64,000 nucleotides of DNA from Octopus vulgaris (GCA_951406725.2 OX597815.1:164548001-164612000); one strand, 5' to 3'; counted from the stretch's first letter, positions 12,345-25,896 are shown. The notes: a model not told the origin generated them from the sequence alone. A program made the numbers and translations.

Positions 12345-13120
12345 AGGTGTTCAAAGTTTGATCATTTTCAGAATTTTCAGCCAATCAGAAAACAGCGCGT
12401 TCGCTGCCTCTTCCATCATCGGGGGTGGGGGGACATCGGCATGTCAAAACGTTTAACTAGCTACAGTAAACTGGAAAATATGAAAAAATTCGCGGTTGCT
12501 AGAAATAATAGTCAACACATTCATGAGCAAATAAAATATTTAAAAACTACGAACAGGAGTTGCTAGAAATAACAGTCAAAACATTAAAATATACACGAGC
12601 AAAGTTCGCGAGCAAATTGAATATTTAAAAGCTATGAGCAAACCAACAGGAGTTGCTAGAAATAGCAATCAAAACATTGCTTAAAACAGACATTTATAAG
12701 TTTAAAAAATTCAAGAACGAAAGTTTGCAATTACACTCAAGGATTTTATAAAATAAATTATCTTTTTCATATAAGATAAGTGTCAACAATGGCGTTTGTT
12801 TCCGCGATTTAAAGATGCCCAGGTACTCTCAATTTGTTGATTACACTCAGTTTGGTGGTTACGCTCCTTGTGCGCATGCGCAGCATCTTTGGTTACTAAG
12901 AAAACAGTTCTTCGCCACGGTGATGTGTAAAATATTCGCTTCTGATTAGTTAAAATACCCAAATTTTGTAAATTTTAAAGGCTAATAACTTTTTAATTAT
13001 GGATTTATAGGGAAAATGAATTTCACTTTCATAATTAGTATACAAAACTTAATCCATATACCAAATTTGTAAACAATTGGAACAAAATTGTAAAAACAGT
13101 GACGAAAACCACAAAGATCC
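12345..13120. mobile_element. Probable non-autonomous DNA transposon interrupting a minus-strand family B SINE
   Basis: SINE B halves at 12272-12345 and 13128-13295. Right end reads GGATCTTTGTGGTTTT on the minus strand. Three internal GTTGCTAGAAATA repeats. Confidence 0.45.
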
Positions 13121-13724
13121 TAGATAGATATACGACGGACTCCTTTCAGTTTCCGTCTACCAAATCCACTCATCAGGCTTTGGTCAGGCTTTGGTCGGCC
13201 CGTAAAAGACACTCGCACAAGCTGTTGCACAGTTGGACTGAACTCAAAGCGGCATGATTGGAAAGCAAGCTTCATAACCACACATCCACACCTGTGCTTA
13301 GTATTGGAACATTATTTTTCGGTTCCTTTTAAATCCTTCTATTTTATTGGTATGATTTGATAAAAAAAAAAAATTGGCGCTTTTTTCATTCTTATTGTTT
13401 CTATTGGGTATCGATTTATTCAAAATGCTGCACGCTCCTCATTCTTTACTTTCTTTCTATAATTGCGATGTTTGAGGTTATTTTACAATTGCTCATACAC
13501 CCGAAAACAAAAGGAAAGTCGACCACTAGGTCCATTTATTTCAGTCTATATTGAAGAAAACGAAAGTGACGAGTTGTAAAATTAATATTATTTCAAAAAT
13601 TGAGTGTCTCCTAATATGCTTCAGCTATTACAGAAAGCATAAGCGCTCTGGATCTAATCTTCACCTTAAATAAACCATTGTTGGATTTCTCAGCAAGAAA
13701 ATACCTTACTTTACAAAATTGATA

Positions 13725-14152
13725 GGATCTTTTCGGTTTGAACGGCAGTTTTTTAAAATAATTTCCACATAACTAAACACTTTTAAACTTCGTATACTGG
13801 TAGAATGTGTTTATAAAACATCTTTTTCTCTTGGCTTTATTGAGAAAATTCTATAGGTTGTAAGATATTTGTTGTTTTTCCCTTTAATTTCTGCAATTTC
13901 AACCAATCAATGACGTCCATTGAGGTAAAAAAAAAACCATTCTGTGCCGTATGAATATGTCCTTCGTTTAAGAAACAGATTGGGTTTATTTACATTTGTG
14001 AAGAAAAAAAAGATACCCTTCCCCCACCCCTAACCCTAATCCTAACCCTAAAATAGATTGAAATGCAATAGATCGATACTAGGGTCATAATTATGGGTGA
14101 CAATTTCATATGACACCGCTAGAAAAAACTGCCGTTCAAACCAAAAAGATCC
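13725..14152 (+). mobile_element. GGATC-ended MITE, copy 1
   Basis: ~29-bp TIR GGATCTTTTCGGTTTGAACGGCAGTTTTT. 8-bp TSD AATTGATA/AAGTGATA. Internal (CCCTAA)n. Confidence 0.9.
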
Positions 14153-14419
14153 AAGTGATATATTACGTTAAACTCTCCGATGAATAATTCTTGTAATGTT
14201 TTTCAGAAAGTATTCAGTTGTTCATTTATTGCATCCTGCAACACTATACTCGTCTCATGTTGCCTGCGTTACGAAATATTTTTTTTATATTTCGGTCACT
14301 TGGTTTCATTTTGCATCCTCTCAGCGACTGTTATTCTTTTAGTTGCTCGCCCTACATCTTTGTTCTTCGTCTGATGTGGTGTGCATTACAAGAGCAGTTT
14401 ATAATTTGTCGTTTATCTT

Positions 14420-14630
14420 CTATTTTTTACTTGTTTCAGTCAATAGACTGCAGCTATGCTGGGACACCACCTTGAAGAGTTTTGGTCGAATAAATCGACC
14501 CCAGGATTTATCTTTTAATCCTAGTACTTATTCTATCGGTCTTTTTCTCCCGAACCGCTCAGTTACGGGAACGTAAACACACCAGTTGTCAAGCGGTCAG
14601 TGGGTGGGTTGTTGAGAAAAACACAGACAC
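14420..14630 (-). mobile_element. SINE family B 3' part
   Basis: Reverse complement of the family B tail region. Confidence 0.7.
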
Positions 14631-14651
14631 AAGGACATACACAAGTAGATA

Positions 14652-14705
<54 letters not shown>

Positions 14706-14712
<7 letters not shown>

Positions 14713-14835
14713 AGTTTCGTCGCTCTGCGTACATCTCGAACAGTCACACTTGTCACTTTGTCTGTAGAGTTCATTTCGAACCAATAGTTCCTCTTGGTAG
14801 TACTGCCAGACCAGGGATTTCTGAAAGGTACACAT
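14706..14835 (-). mobile_element. Short Tx1/L1-like ORF2 C-terminal fragment
   Basis: FQKSLVWQ..EELLVRNELYR..CSRCTQSDETVH resembles the post-RT zinc-binding region (CxxC..ET..H). Confidence 0.5.
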
Positions 14836-15110
14836 CAGTGATTCCCAAAGTCGGCAGTACTGCTTCCTTTGAGACGGTGAAAAAATACAAGTGGACGCTG
14901 AACAAAAGTGGGGGTGATAATGGGGTGACCAAAAGTGGGTGATGGATGTAAAAAAATCCCAAAATAATGGGTTAAGTGTTATTTATGATATACAGTTGTT
15001 TTGAATTTGCTGCAGAAAATGGTCTATGTTTGTGACGGTGAATTAGGATCGCTAGGAATGTGGCCTGGAGTCTAAGGGAGCAGCAGCCTGAAAAAATTTG
15101 AGAATCACTG
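14836..15110. mobile_element. hAT-like MITE
   Basis: TIRs CAGTGATTCCCAAA / TTTGAGAATCACTG; degenerate 8-bp TSD GTACACAT/ATATACAT. Confidence 0.7.
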
Positions 15111-15289
15111 ATATACATAATAGCTTTAGTGCATGTCTGCGCTTTAGCAGCCATTGCCTGTCAAGCATGACTTCGTAGAGCGCTGGCAACAGATGGACCA
15201 TCTGGCCAGTGGAACACGTCCCTTCCAAGCAAAACTGATTGGCAGAACCAAAAGTGGATTGGCAGGACCAAAAATGTATCGGAAAAATA

Positions 15290-15673
15290 TCTCTTACAGT
15301 ATTTGTTCTAGTTCTTTACGTTCAGAGTTCAAATCCTGCCGAGGTCAATTTTGTCGTCCAGCCCTCCGATAAAATGAAGTACCAGTCAAATACCGGGGTT
15401 GATGATACTGACTAACCACTCCCTCTCAAAATTACTAGCCTTGTGCCTACATTAGAAATCCTCATCATCATTATTATTATTTTTATTTTTTTAAGGCGGC
15501 GAGCTTAGCAGTATTTCGTCTGCCGCTACATTCTGAGTTCAAATTCTGCCGAGGCCGATTTTGTCTTTCCTCCTTTTGGGATCGATTAAATAAGTACAGT
15601 TAAGCACTGGGATCGATGTAATCGACTTAATCCCTTCCCTAAATTTGAGGCCTTGTGCTTCCCAGTTGAAAGG

Positions 15674-15734
<61 letters not shown>

Positions 15735-15735
15735 C
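15290..15735 (+). mobile_element. Two SINE family A copies with (ATT)n tails
   Basis: GAGTTCAAAT B box and AAGTAC(C)AG domain occur twice; tails are (ATT)n. Confidence 0.75.
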
Positions 15736-15977
15736 CTGCGGGATACGTAAGACGCTTTTTCGAACACGCTTCGTAAGTTGTGCTTACACTGTACACATAT
15801 ATGTGATTAATTTTTCTTATAAACTGACAATAAGAAGACTAAGAACCTGTTGATAGGCTTTCGGTGGCTATTTCTGCCCCGTAAGGACTAGTATTTACTT
15901 ATACATTTTAATTATCCATTGCATTGTGTAAAAAAAAAGAAACATCGTCGTCATCATCATTATTATCCTTAGCAACC

Positions 15978-18570
15978 ATGGAAGCGCTGGGGGGAAGCCA
16001 TACTCCCACCAGCCCTCCCACAGAAGAAGACTCCCCCCTCATATCACTCACCCCCAACAACAGTAGCAGCGTAAGCAATGTGAAATTGTGCGAAACTCAT
16101 GAAATTAGTTACAACAAAACAGCAGCAGGGACAAGGGTGTCGATGGTAGAAGTGGCGGAAGTAGTAGTGATGGTGGCAGTGGAGACAGCACAGGCTGCGA
16201 CATTAAGACAGGTAGTTGCAGAAACAAAAACGGCAATAATACCAGTAGTAGTCGCAGTGATGGCAACACAGAGGCAGCAGAACCAACAACAGCAATGGTG
16301 AAGGCAGCAGTGGTAGCGGTGATGGTCGCAACAAAATAAGGGGCTGCAACCCCACCACCACAACAAACAACAACAGCAGCAGTAGCAATAAAATCAACAC
16401 CAACGAGAACAATACCAATATTACCTACAACAACAGCAAGAACACGTTCGCAGCAACAGCAGCCAAAACAAGACCACGTTACAGCATAGACCTCACGAAC
16501 AAAACAAAAAGTTGGCAGAAGTCTGGAAGCTTATCAATATTGAAGAAAGCTGGGCCAACTTAACCATATCAAAAGAGGCAACTGAAACAGTGGGAAAAAA
16601 ACTGGTTCATTTCAGATGCATTTCAGTAGTCAAAGAAACCAGCGATAATAGCACAAGCAGATATTAAAGCTGCCCTGAGATGTATCAGATATGATACCGA
16701 ATACATAGCGAGGGGCAGACAATGCGACACCATTTCGATGCTTTTGAAGTCAGAAACCCTCGCTATGAAGCACTCAGTGACCCTTTGAAAAACCAACAAG
16801 GCCATTATGTACCAATGCCATATGGGGAAATGAATAGCGTATGTCTGCATTCCCAGGATTCCACCAGGACTTGACATTTGATGGCTTCTGAGATGCATAA
16901 TCGAGAAAGGGTCAGATACCGTCCCGATAGAGGTGACAAAAACTGCCAGGGAGGACTGGTCCCGGGTGGATCTGGAGATACTTCTCCAGATCAGGCCCGA
17001 AAACTTCAAAAGAATCCAGGACCACATCCATCTCCAAAACGGGACGGTATTGCACATAATGACTGAGGGCAGAAGGCCGCCTTGTTTCGTTTGTGGAGAA
17101 ACTACTCATTTGCGAGCTATCTGCTCTCAACTGACTGAAAGGTACAAGGGGTCGAAGGTCGCCACTGCTGCCTACGCCGGGACAAGGACCACAACCAACA
17201 CCAACACCGGCAACACCACCAGCAACAACAAACGAAACACTACCAAAGATATTAACTACCCTAGGGGCAACGAAGAAAGCTCTCCCACCCCCTCACACCA
17301 AAAAATATACATAAATAAAAATATAAACATACACACAGACACACAGTCACAGACCCTTCATCTTCCATTAGTAAAGATGAAGGAAAACCAAAAGACCCCC
17401 CCTCCAAAAAAAAGAACCAAAAAAAGGCACAAAAGAAAAACACCACAAATCATAACAACACCCACAATAAAAAATACAGACACCACCCACGCAAACATCT
17501 CAATAACACCAACACAACCAAAACCATCACTATCACTAGAATCCCCCAAACGCAAACAAGCTAAACAGACACAAGAACAAACACTCACACAAACATCAGG
17601 AACTGCAGATACCACACTCACAGTAAACACAGACACAACCAAAGCAATAAAGACTACTACCACTACAGTCAAGCAAACAAATAAAACAACACCAACACAA
17701 AACACCCAACTTCGTACTCATCAGAAGGGAGATCAAAACTCTTAATAGCCACCTCTCGGAACCCTATAAGATCTCCCGATCGGTCCGTCAAGGGCACCCT
17801 CTCTCCTCCCTTCTGAACGAATTGACTTTTGAGCCTTTACAGCAGAAGCTGGAGTTACTGAAGTTACTCGAAGTTACTCGAACCGAACTGGAGTTACTCG
17901 AATCGAACTGGAGTTACTCGAACCGAAGCGCGGAAGGGCTGTGTCGGTTTATTCGGTCGACATCACCGTGATGGTATCGGACACATCAGAAATTGAGGTG
18001 GTCGGCACATCATTGGAGGAATATGAAAAGTTGACAGGAGCAAAACTTAACCCGGAAAAGTCGGTGGGCTTGCAACTTGGCACCTGGAGAGGTAAGTCCA
18101 TGCCGTCCAACAGCGTCGTTTGGCGCTCGACAGACGGACCGGTAAAGTTGCTTGGAGTTTGGTTCAGATCAGACCTGCAGGTGGATAAAAATTGGGACGA
18201 AGTGACGAGCAGAGTAGCCAGTCTCACACAGAAATAGACTGCAAGGAAGCTGTTACTGAAAGGTCGGGCAGCGGCGTTGAATGAATACATCGTATCCGTC
18301 ATCTACTACCGCCTGACCGTCGTGCCTTGCCCCTGTTCACCCCACGCTAAGTTGAAGCGCCTTCTCTGCAAATTCTTGCTGAGGGGAAAGATTCCATTGG
18401 TGAGGTGGGCTATCGACTGCCAACATCCTCTATGCGGAGGGCTGGGTATGCTGTGGCTAATGATGCACAGGCATGAGCTGAGGCTGCGGCATCTCCAGAT
18501 ATTCTGCCTAAGTGGTGAACAGGTGTGATTGCTGTTTGTCAAACGGGCCTTTCTCCAGCTCGTCTCCCTG
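15978..18570 (+). mobile_element. Decayed Tx1-clade LINE: ORF1 with CCHC knuckle plus ORF2 RT fragment
   Basis: GRRPPCFVCGETTHLRAIC knuckle followed by a Thr/Lys-rich tail. 17941-18570 encodes SVYSVDIT..YEKLTGAKLNPEKS..VKLLGVWF..GGLGM. Most of ORF2 is deleted; 20-bp tandem repeats at 17850-17925. Confidence 0.8.
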
Positions 18571-18582
18571 ATAATAATAATA

Positions 18583-18640
<58 letters not shown>

Positions 18641-18846
18641 GCAGAATCGTTAGCTCGCCGGGCAAAATGCTTAGCGGTATTTTGTCCATCATTACGTTCT
18701 GAGTTTAAATTCCACCAAAGTTGACTTTGCCTTTACCTTTCATCCTTTCGGAGTCAATTAGAATACGTACCAGTTGAATACTGAAGTCCCTCACCCGAAA
18801 TTACTAGTCTTGTGTCAAAATATTATTATTATTATTATTATTATTA

Positions 18847-18917
<71 letters not shown>

Positions 18918-18918
<1 letters not shown>

Positions 18919-20460
18919 GTTTGACTTTTGCTTTGTATTTGTACAAGTTGTCTCCAAGTCTCATCCAGAGACCTCAAGAGGCAACAAGTTAGAATTTCAT
19001 GCTGGTATTATGCCTAGGGTGTCATATATTTAGTTTTGCACATAGTATTGTTCCGGAGAATGTTTAAGAAAACATAAGAAAATTATGAGCTTGTTTTAAA
19101 ATTTGAGATTACATAGACAGTATTTTATGTAAGATATGGGCAGTTCCCATGAGCACTATCTTTTGAATTTCTGCCATTTTAGGGTTTCCTGGTATCTGAG
19201 TTAGGTAGGGATCAGCCCCTTCTGCTACATTTCTAGGGCACCTACGACAACAGGTATTGTTTTGGTCTTGAGGTTCCACATTTTGCCAATTTCTATTTCA
19301 AGATCTTTATACTTGCTCAGTTTTTGGTAGATCTTGACCGATACATCTATGTCGATTTAGACAGTCATATCAATGAGAAGGTATGATTTTTGCCAGAAGT
19401 CTTTCAATATAATGTCTGGCCTATTCGCATCTATCTTTCTGTCAGTTTGAATGGTGAAGTTCCAGAGGAGTGAGATGTGATAATTTTCAAGCACTGGAGG
19501 TGGTTTGTGTTCCCACCAGTTTTTATCATGGGGCAAGTCCAGGTTTTTTCAAATTACCCAGTGAATATATTCTGATGCTCTATCATGCCTGTTGAGATAC
19601 TCTATAGGCGCAAGAAGACTGCATATGGAGACAACGTGATCAATGGTTCCATTTTGTTGTTGACATACACGACATGTTGGGCTACTGCTGTTCTTTAATA
19701 TGTTGGCCTGGTAGTTACTTGTATGTAAGCATTGATCTTGGGTTGCTATGATAAACCCTTCTGTATCTGATTTTAAGCCAGAAGACACTAATCATTGATG
19801 GGTCAGGGCTTTGTCAACATCAGCACTATTAGCTTTCTTTGGATATTTGCCATTCAGAGGCTTTTCTTGCCATTTATCAGTAAGAATATCTAAGGCCGCA
19901 GTTTTAGCACGGATTTTCATATGCTAGCTTTTTCTGTGCTTGTTTCTGGTATGTCTAATTCTAAAATTTGTTGTATTTGGAATTCACTTAGATATTCCTT
20001 TGCCTGTTTTGTTACTGAGTATGATGCTTTCTTGTTTCCATGCTTTGAGACAAGTTTTAACATCCAGTCATCAGAGATTTTCAGGCAGGTGTCTAGGCCA
20101 ATTGTGGCAATCTTCATTGTTAATTCCAGTTGTAAAAGTCCACGGCCCCACTATTTTCGTGACAAATAAATTCGTTCTATATCTGCCTTAGGGTGGTGCA
20201 TTCTATGCATTGTCAACAATTTTCGTATTTTTCTGTCAAGATTACATATTTCGGTAATTGACTAGTTAATGATATTGAAACTGTAAGTCACGACTGATAT
20301 GGCTAAAATATTGATCGCTTCGATCCTGTTCCTTGCATTCAGCTCTCTCTCTTGAGTATTGCCCTTACCCTACTATAACATCTTCTTCTGATCCTTTCCC
20401 TCATCACATGTTTGATTTTGCCCCCTCCAAATACCCCTAGGTATTTGTAGCTCTCCGCTG
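18918..20460 (-). mobile_element. R4/Dong-like RLE LINE, 3' half
   Basis: YKYLGV, MHHPKADIER, SSGLKSDTEGFIIATQDQ, CRVC..TIDHVVSIC, ANRPDII. (TAA)n tail at 18821-18916. Confidence 0.9.
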
Positions 20461-20583
20461 GTTCTAACTTCCCAACCACATGGTTTCCGGTTCAGTCCCA
20501 TTGTATGGTATCTCGGGCAGTTATATTCTACTATAGGCCTGGGTCGCCCCAGGTTTCGTGAGTGGATTTGATAGACGAAAACT

Positions 20584-20831
20584 CTTTTCTTTATTCACCA
20601 TTACGATTTTAAAATGAAGAGAGGACGAAACAAGGACAGACAAACAGACAGGGGTCGGGGAACGAATGAGGATGAACGTTAAAAATTACAAAAAAAAAAT
20701 ACGGATGAAGTAAAAGAATCGAATGCTTAACAATGATGAAGTGGAAGACGTGGTCAACCCCACAAACCACATTCTAACACTGAAGACTTTATTTTCCTTT
20801 TATATTCCCACTCAAACAGGTTCATTCACAA
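20584..20831 (-). mobile_element. Short retroposed LINE-like 3' end nested in a family B SINE
   Basis: 18-bp direct repeat ATTTGATAGACGAAAACT at 20566-20583 and 20832-20849; minus strand ends GTGAATAAAGAAAAG. Confidence 0.7.
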
Positions 20832-21964
20832 ATTTGATAGACGAAAACTGAAAGAAGCCCGTTAAATATTCACACAGCGAATAGAGTGAGCAAGTTGTTT
20901 TAGCACATAAATCAACAATTCTTTCCTCAATGTTCAATCTCAAGAGTATTGCTATGTTTTATAATGAACACAACTTTAGATTTCTGAGGTACCACTATAC
21001 TGATACAATCGAACATCAACTCTTCAGGGTTATATATAACATCCATTGGCTACTGTAACCTATATTATCAACAGTTAACACCTATTGCCAGTAGGTCTGT
21101 TTATATGATTACATTTGTATGTCATAAGTAAAACGAAATTTAAAAAATATAACATTAAATCACAATTCAAATCAACCGGTCAAGAAATTGGATGGGAAGG
21201 AAGAAAATTTGGAAAACAATCATAAAACGAGAAAATAAATCGGTAGATAATATTTTCTGTTTCCACAAGATATATAAATCATTTGGCTTGTTAATATACT
21301 GTGTTTTCTTTGAATTTTTTTCTTTCTCTCCATAGTAAGTAAGACGTGCCCTTTAAGATATTAATAACTTTATCTTTGACTCCATATCTGTTTGCATCCG
21401 TGCATGTGTGCATGTGTGGGATCATGGCCGCTGAATTTAATGGTGGCTGACATTTGGCCTTTGTGTCGACATGTACTTTGATAGTTTCCTCCATCTACGT
21501 CACATTGTGATAATGGTGCGGAAAAATGTGCACAGTTTATCTTAGTGGCTGATGGAATAAATATCTGGTTTTAAAAAAAATAATAGTTTAAGAAAACAGA
21601 CTATTAACCTATTAGCGCCCATCATCCTTTTTCTTAGGACCAGAAGGATAATCTATCATATTTCTGAAACACCTGTATTCTGCTTAGATATCAAGACTGA
21701 AGTGTCTTTCAAATATTGTAATAATGTTTTTTATATATTTAGTATCAGATAAAGTTGTATTAAAAAAAGATTATTGTTAATAAATCAAATAAAATTATTT
21801 GGGCACTAATGGGTTAAATTATTTAGATATCCTTTGGTGACAGAAAATATTATCTGATTTATTTTGTTTTATGTTTTATCTTTTTCTTTCTCTGCTCTTT
21901 CTCCTTTCTCTTATTTAGCGACCGGTTGGTTTGAATTGTGGTGCATTCTGTATCTTTTCATTAT

Positions 21965-22540
21965 TTTGGCAGAATCGTTAGCACGCTGGACGAAATGCTA
22001 AGCGGTATTTCGTCTGCCGCTACGTTCCGAGTTCAAATTCCGCCGAGGTCGACTTTGCCTTTCACCCTTTCGGGTTCGATTAAATAAGTACCAGTTGTGC
22101 ACTGGGGTCGATATAATCGACTTAATCCGTTTGTCTGTCCTTGTTTGTCCACTCTATGTTTAGCCCCTTGTGGGTAGTAAAGAAATAGGTATTTCGCCCA
22201 TCATTATGTCCTAAATTCAAATTCCGCCGAGGTCCATTTTGCTTTTCATCCTTTCGGGTTCGGTAAATTAAGTACCAGTGAAATTAATTGAATAGTCCCC
22301 TCCCCACAAATTTCAGGCCTTGTGCTCCAGTAGAAAGGGTTATTTTGGCAGAATCATTAGCATACTAGACGAAATGCTTAACGGTATTTCGCCCGTCGTT
22401 ACGTTCTGAGTTCAAATTGCCTTTCATCCTTTTGGAGTCGATAAATTAAGTACCAATTGAGTTTTGGGGTCGATGTAATCAATTATCACCCTCCCCCGCA
22501 AATTTCAGGCATTGTGCCTATTGTAGAAAGGATTATTTTT
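21965..22540 (+). mobile_element. Cluster of three SINE family A copies
   Basis: GGCAGAATC(G/A)TTAGCA head and central domain repeated; the first copy has the alternative TTTGTCTGTCCTTGTTTGTCC tail. Confidence 0.85.
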
Positions 22541-23081
22541 TTATTTTTTTATTTTATACTATATTTTATTTTATTTTATTTTATCTTACTTTTTTGCTTG
22601 TGATATGCAAATGTAATAATATAAACACACCTACCGACAATTGGTGGTATAATCTGTTGATAATACAAACTACAGCAGCAAATGGATTTTATATACATCT
22701 ATGAAGAATCAACGTTCAATTGCATCAGAAATCTATAGTTGCATATCGATGAAAAATTGTAAAGTTATGTAATAAAACAACTTGCTCATTCCATTCTCCT
22801 TGTGAATGATAATATAAATTCTGTGGATCTCAATAGATTTTAAGAAATATGATCTGTAAAACAATCGATTTCCGATTTCAAGTCCGATCTGATAACTTGT
22901 ACCCGTTGATGAGTTTAAAAGATTTAACTCCCGAATGAAATTAATGCGCGCGCGTGTGTCCACCACCACCACCACTGGACAACCGATATTAGTTTAAGTC
23001 TCCGTAACTCAGTGGTTCGGCAAAAGTGATCGATAGAATAAGTGTCGGGGTTACAAAAAAAATCCTGGGGTCGATTTGCTC

Positions 23082-23160
23082 GAGCAAAAGGGCAAAAGCG
23101 CGTTCGATCTCGATTTTCAGTACGAATACGGACCGCGAAAGCGTGGCCCATCGATCCTTT
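23082..23160 (+). pseudogene. 28S rRNA fragment
   Basis: GAGCAAAAGGGCAAAAGC..GATCTCGATTTTCAGTACGAATACGGACCGCGAAAGCGTGGCCCATCGATCCTTT matches a conserved eukaryotic LSU rRNA segment as I recall it. Only ~80 nt, so not an rDNA unit. Confidence 0.85.
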
Positions 23161-23162
23161 CC

Positions 23163-23620
23163 GAGTGGCTGTGTGGTAAGTAGCTTGCTTACCAACCACA
23201 TGGTTCTGGGTTCAGTCCCACTGCGTGGCACCTTGGGCAAGTGTCTTCTACTATAGCCTCGGGCCGACCAAAGCATTGTGAGTGGATTTGGTGGACGGAA
23301 ACTGAAAAGAAGCCCGTTGTATACATGTATGTATGTGTGTGTGTGTGTGCGTGTGTGTGTGCGTGCGTAGGTGTGTGTGCATGTGTGTGTGTGTGTATGT
23401 TTGTGTGTCTGTGTCTGTGCCCCCAACATCGCTTGACAGCCGATGCTGGTGTGTTTACGTCCCCGTAACGTAGCGGTTCGGCAAAAGAGACCGATAGAGT
23501 AAGTACTAGGCTTACAAAGAACAAGTCCTGGGGTCGATTTGCTCGACTAAAGGCGATGCTCCAGCATGGCCGCAGTCAAATGACTGAAACAAGTAAAAGA
23601 GAAAAAGAGAAAGAGTAAAA
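23163..23620 (+). mobile_element. SINE family B, young, slightly 5'-truncated
   Basis: Near-identical to 24817-25198 and 45135-45537. Sits inside an older copy whose halves are at 22960-23083 and 23621-23675. Confidence 0.9.
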
Positions 23621-24433
23621 CAGTGTCCCAGCATGGCTGCAGTCTAACGACTAAAACAAATAAACGAGAAAACGATAAGATTTTTTTTTTTTTTTCAACT
23701 GAATAATTTCTTTCTTTTTTTGTCATATCCCTCTAAAATTTTCGTTGTATTCCATCATTTCTCTTATCCACTCGCAGCATTTGTTTTATTTATTTTTTCT
23801 GTTGAGACTTCTCTTGAAAAACTGTACAACCACTTAGCGGAAGTAACACTTGATATCCCCCAACCCACTCCTCGAACTGATATTTGTTGGATTATACCCA
23901 AGGGCCGATTTTAGTATTACGACTAAACGAAACATCAGTTACACAGTTCCTTGATTATTTTCTCCCCCTAGGTTTATAAGACTTTGCAATATTACGCACT
24001 TTAATCACATATCAGCAAGTCAACTAGCGTTACAGATTAACCAGTCATAAACTTACGAAATTATGAGAAATACGATATGCTTTGTAAATAAATTTTAGAT
24101 ATATAACTGCTTTTATAAAAGAAATAAATGCTAGAAAGGAATTCCTTCAATAAAAAGATTAAGTTTCAGACAGAAGGAAGGGAGGGAAAGAGCGAACACA
24201 TACTCAGACTCCAGACGGTGGTGACTGAATTATTAGGAAGATTGCAACCCTCTAGATATTCCAACTGTTCTTAGGTGGTATATTTAATTCATCATCCAGA
24301 TAGAAAGTCCTCAGTTTACAAACACACAAGTTAAATATGCAGTCTTGAGATAATTATTTCCTTATTTCTTTTTACTGACAGTCCAGTCAACGCGGCTTCG
24401 AAAAGACTCACGGGTGCTGTCATTAAGACGTTT

Positions 24434-24637
24434 GCAGGCGTGGCTGTGTAGTAGCACCCACTACACTTCCGGAGTGGTTGACGTTAGGAAGGGCATGCAT
24501 CTGTAGAATCTCTGCCAGATCGGATTGGAGCCTGGTGCAGCCATCTGGCTCGCCAGTCCTCAGTCAAACCGTCCAACCCATGCCAACATGGAAAGCGGAC
24601 GTTAAACAATGATGATGATGATGATGATGATGATGAT
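24434..24637 (+). mobile_element. SINE with RTE-like (GAT)n tail, internally deleted
   Basis: GCAGGCGTGGCTGTG head remnant, GTTAGGAAGGGCAT body, GGAAAGCGGACGTTAAAC.ATGATGATG tail. Confidence 0.6.
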
Positions 24638-24816
24638 AGATGTATATGTACAGATGTGTTTCAACTTTTGGCACGAGGCCAACAAATTTAAAGGAGAAGC
24701 AAGACGATTACAACGATCCTTCGTACTTGACAAGTTCTCTATTTCACAGAACGCGAAAGGGTGAAAGGTAGAGTCGAACTCGGCGGAATTTGAACTCGGA
24801 ACGTAAACAACTATAA

Positions 24817-25198
24817 GCGCAGGAGTGGCTGTGTGGTAAGTAGCTTGCTAACCAACCACATGGTTCCGGGTTCAGTCCCACTGCGTGGCATCTTGGGCAA
24901 GTGTCTTCTGCTATAGCCTCGGGCCGACCAATGCCTTGTGAGTGGATTTGGTAGACAGAAACTGAAAGAAGCCTGTTGTATATATATATGTATGTGTGTT
25001 TGTGTGTTTGTCCCCCTAGCATTGCTTGACAACCGATGCTGGTGTGTTCCCGTTACTTAGCGGTTCGGCAAAAGAGACCGATAGAATAAGTACTGGGCTT
25101 ACAAAGAATAAGTCCCAGGGTCGATTTGGTCGACTAAAGGCGGTGCTCCAGCATGGCCGCAGTCAAATGACTGAAACTAGTAAAAGAGTAAAAGAGTA
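24817..25198 (+). mobile_element. SINE family B, full length
   Basis: GCGCAGGAGTGGCTGTGTGGTAAG through ATGACTGAAACTAG(TAAAAGAG)n. Confidence 0.9.
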
Positions 25199-25594
25199 AC
25201 TAGAAGAAATACCGTTAACAGAGAATAAAATCATCATTGGTAGCTTGAAAAGTAGAATTAATATAACCGAGTCATGCAAAGAATGTAGGATCAGTAGCAC
25301 GAGAGAGCTTGGTACGGAAGATGAACCTGTGCATGAAAAATAGCGAGAACCGAAAAAAAAAAAAAAAAAAAAAGAGAATAAAAAAGCAACTGGGGCGATG
25401 AGAAGCGTAAATAACAACAATGATGAGTGTTAAATATGCAATATATTTTAATAGACGGTAAACTAAATATGAGCCATCAACTGTCGCGAAAACATTGCGA
25501 CGATAATTTTCAAGTAGAAAAGAGACGAATCTCTCTCCTTCTCTCTCTTCCTCTCTGTCTTCCTCCCTCTCCCCGACTTTATCTGTCAATGTCG

Positions 25595-25665
<71 letters not shown>

Positions 25666-25896
25666 GTTATTGGATCGTGTATGTGTGTGCACATACACAT
25701 GTATAAATTATGTAAATATATATGATATACATATTCATACATACATACAAACAAACACACACACACACACAATGCAGTAATCTACATTGATAGATTTAAA
25801 TTAGAAAAACAGGAGTACGATTTCCAGGAGTTGATTTTTAAAATGTATTCAAAAGTATATTAAATACCTAACAACAACGACTACTACTACTACTAC

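Noticed and set aside
17850-17925. Short regular repeats as a possible CRISPR-like array
   Set aside because: Tandem ~20-bp units without unique spacers, in eukaryotic LINE context.
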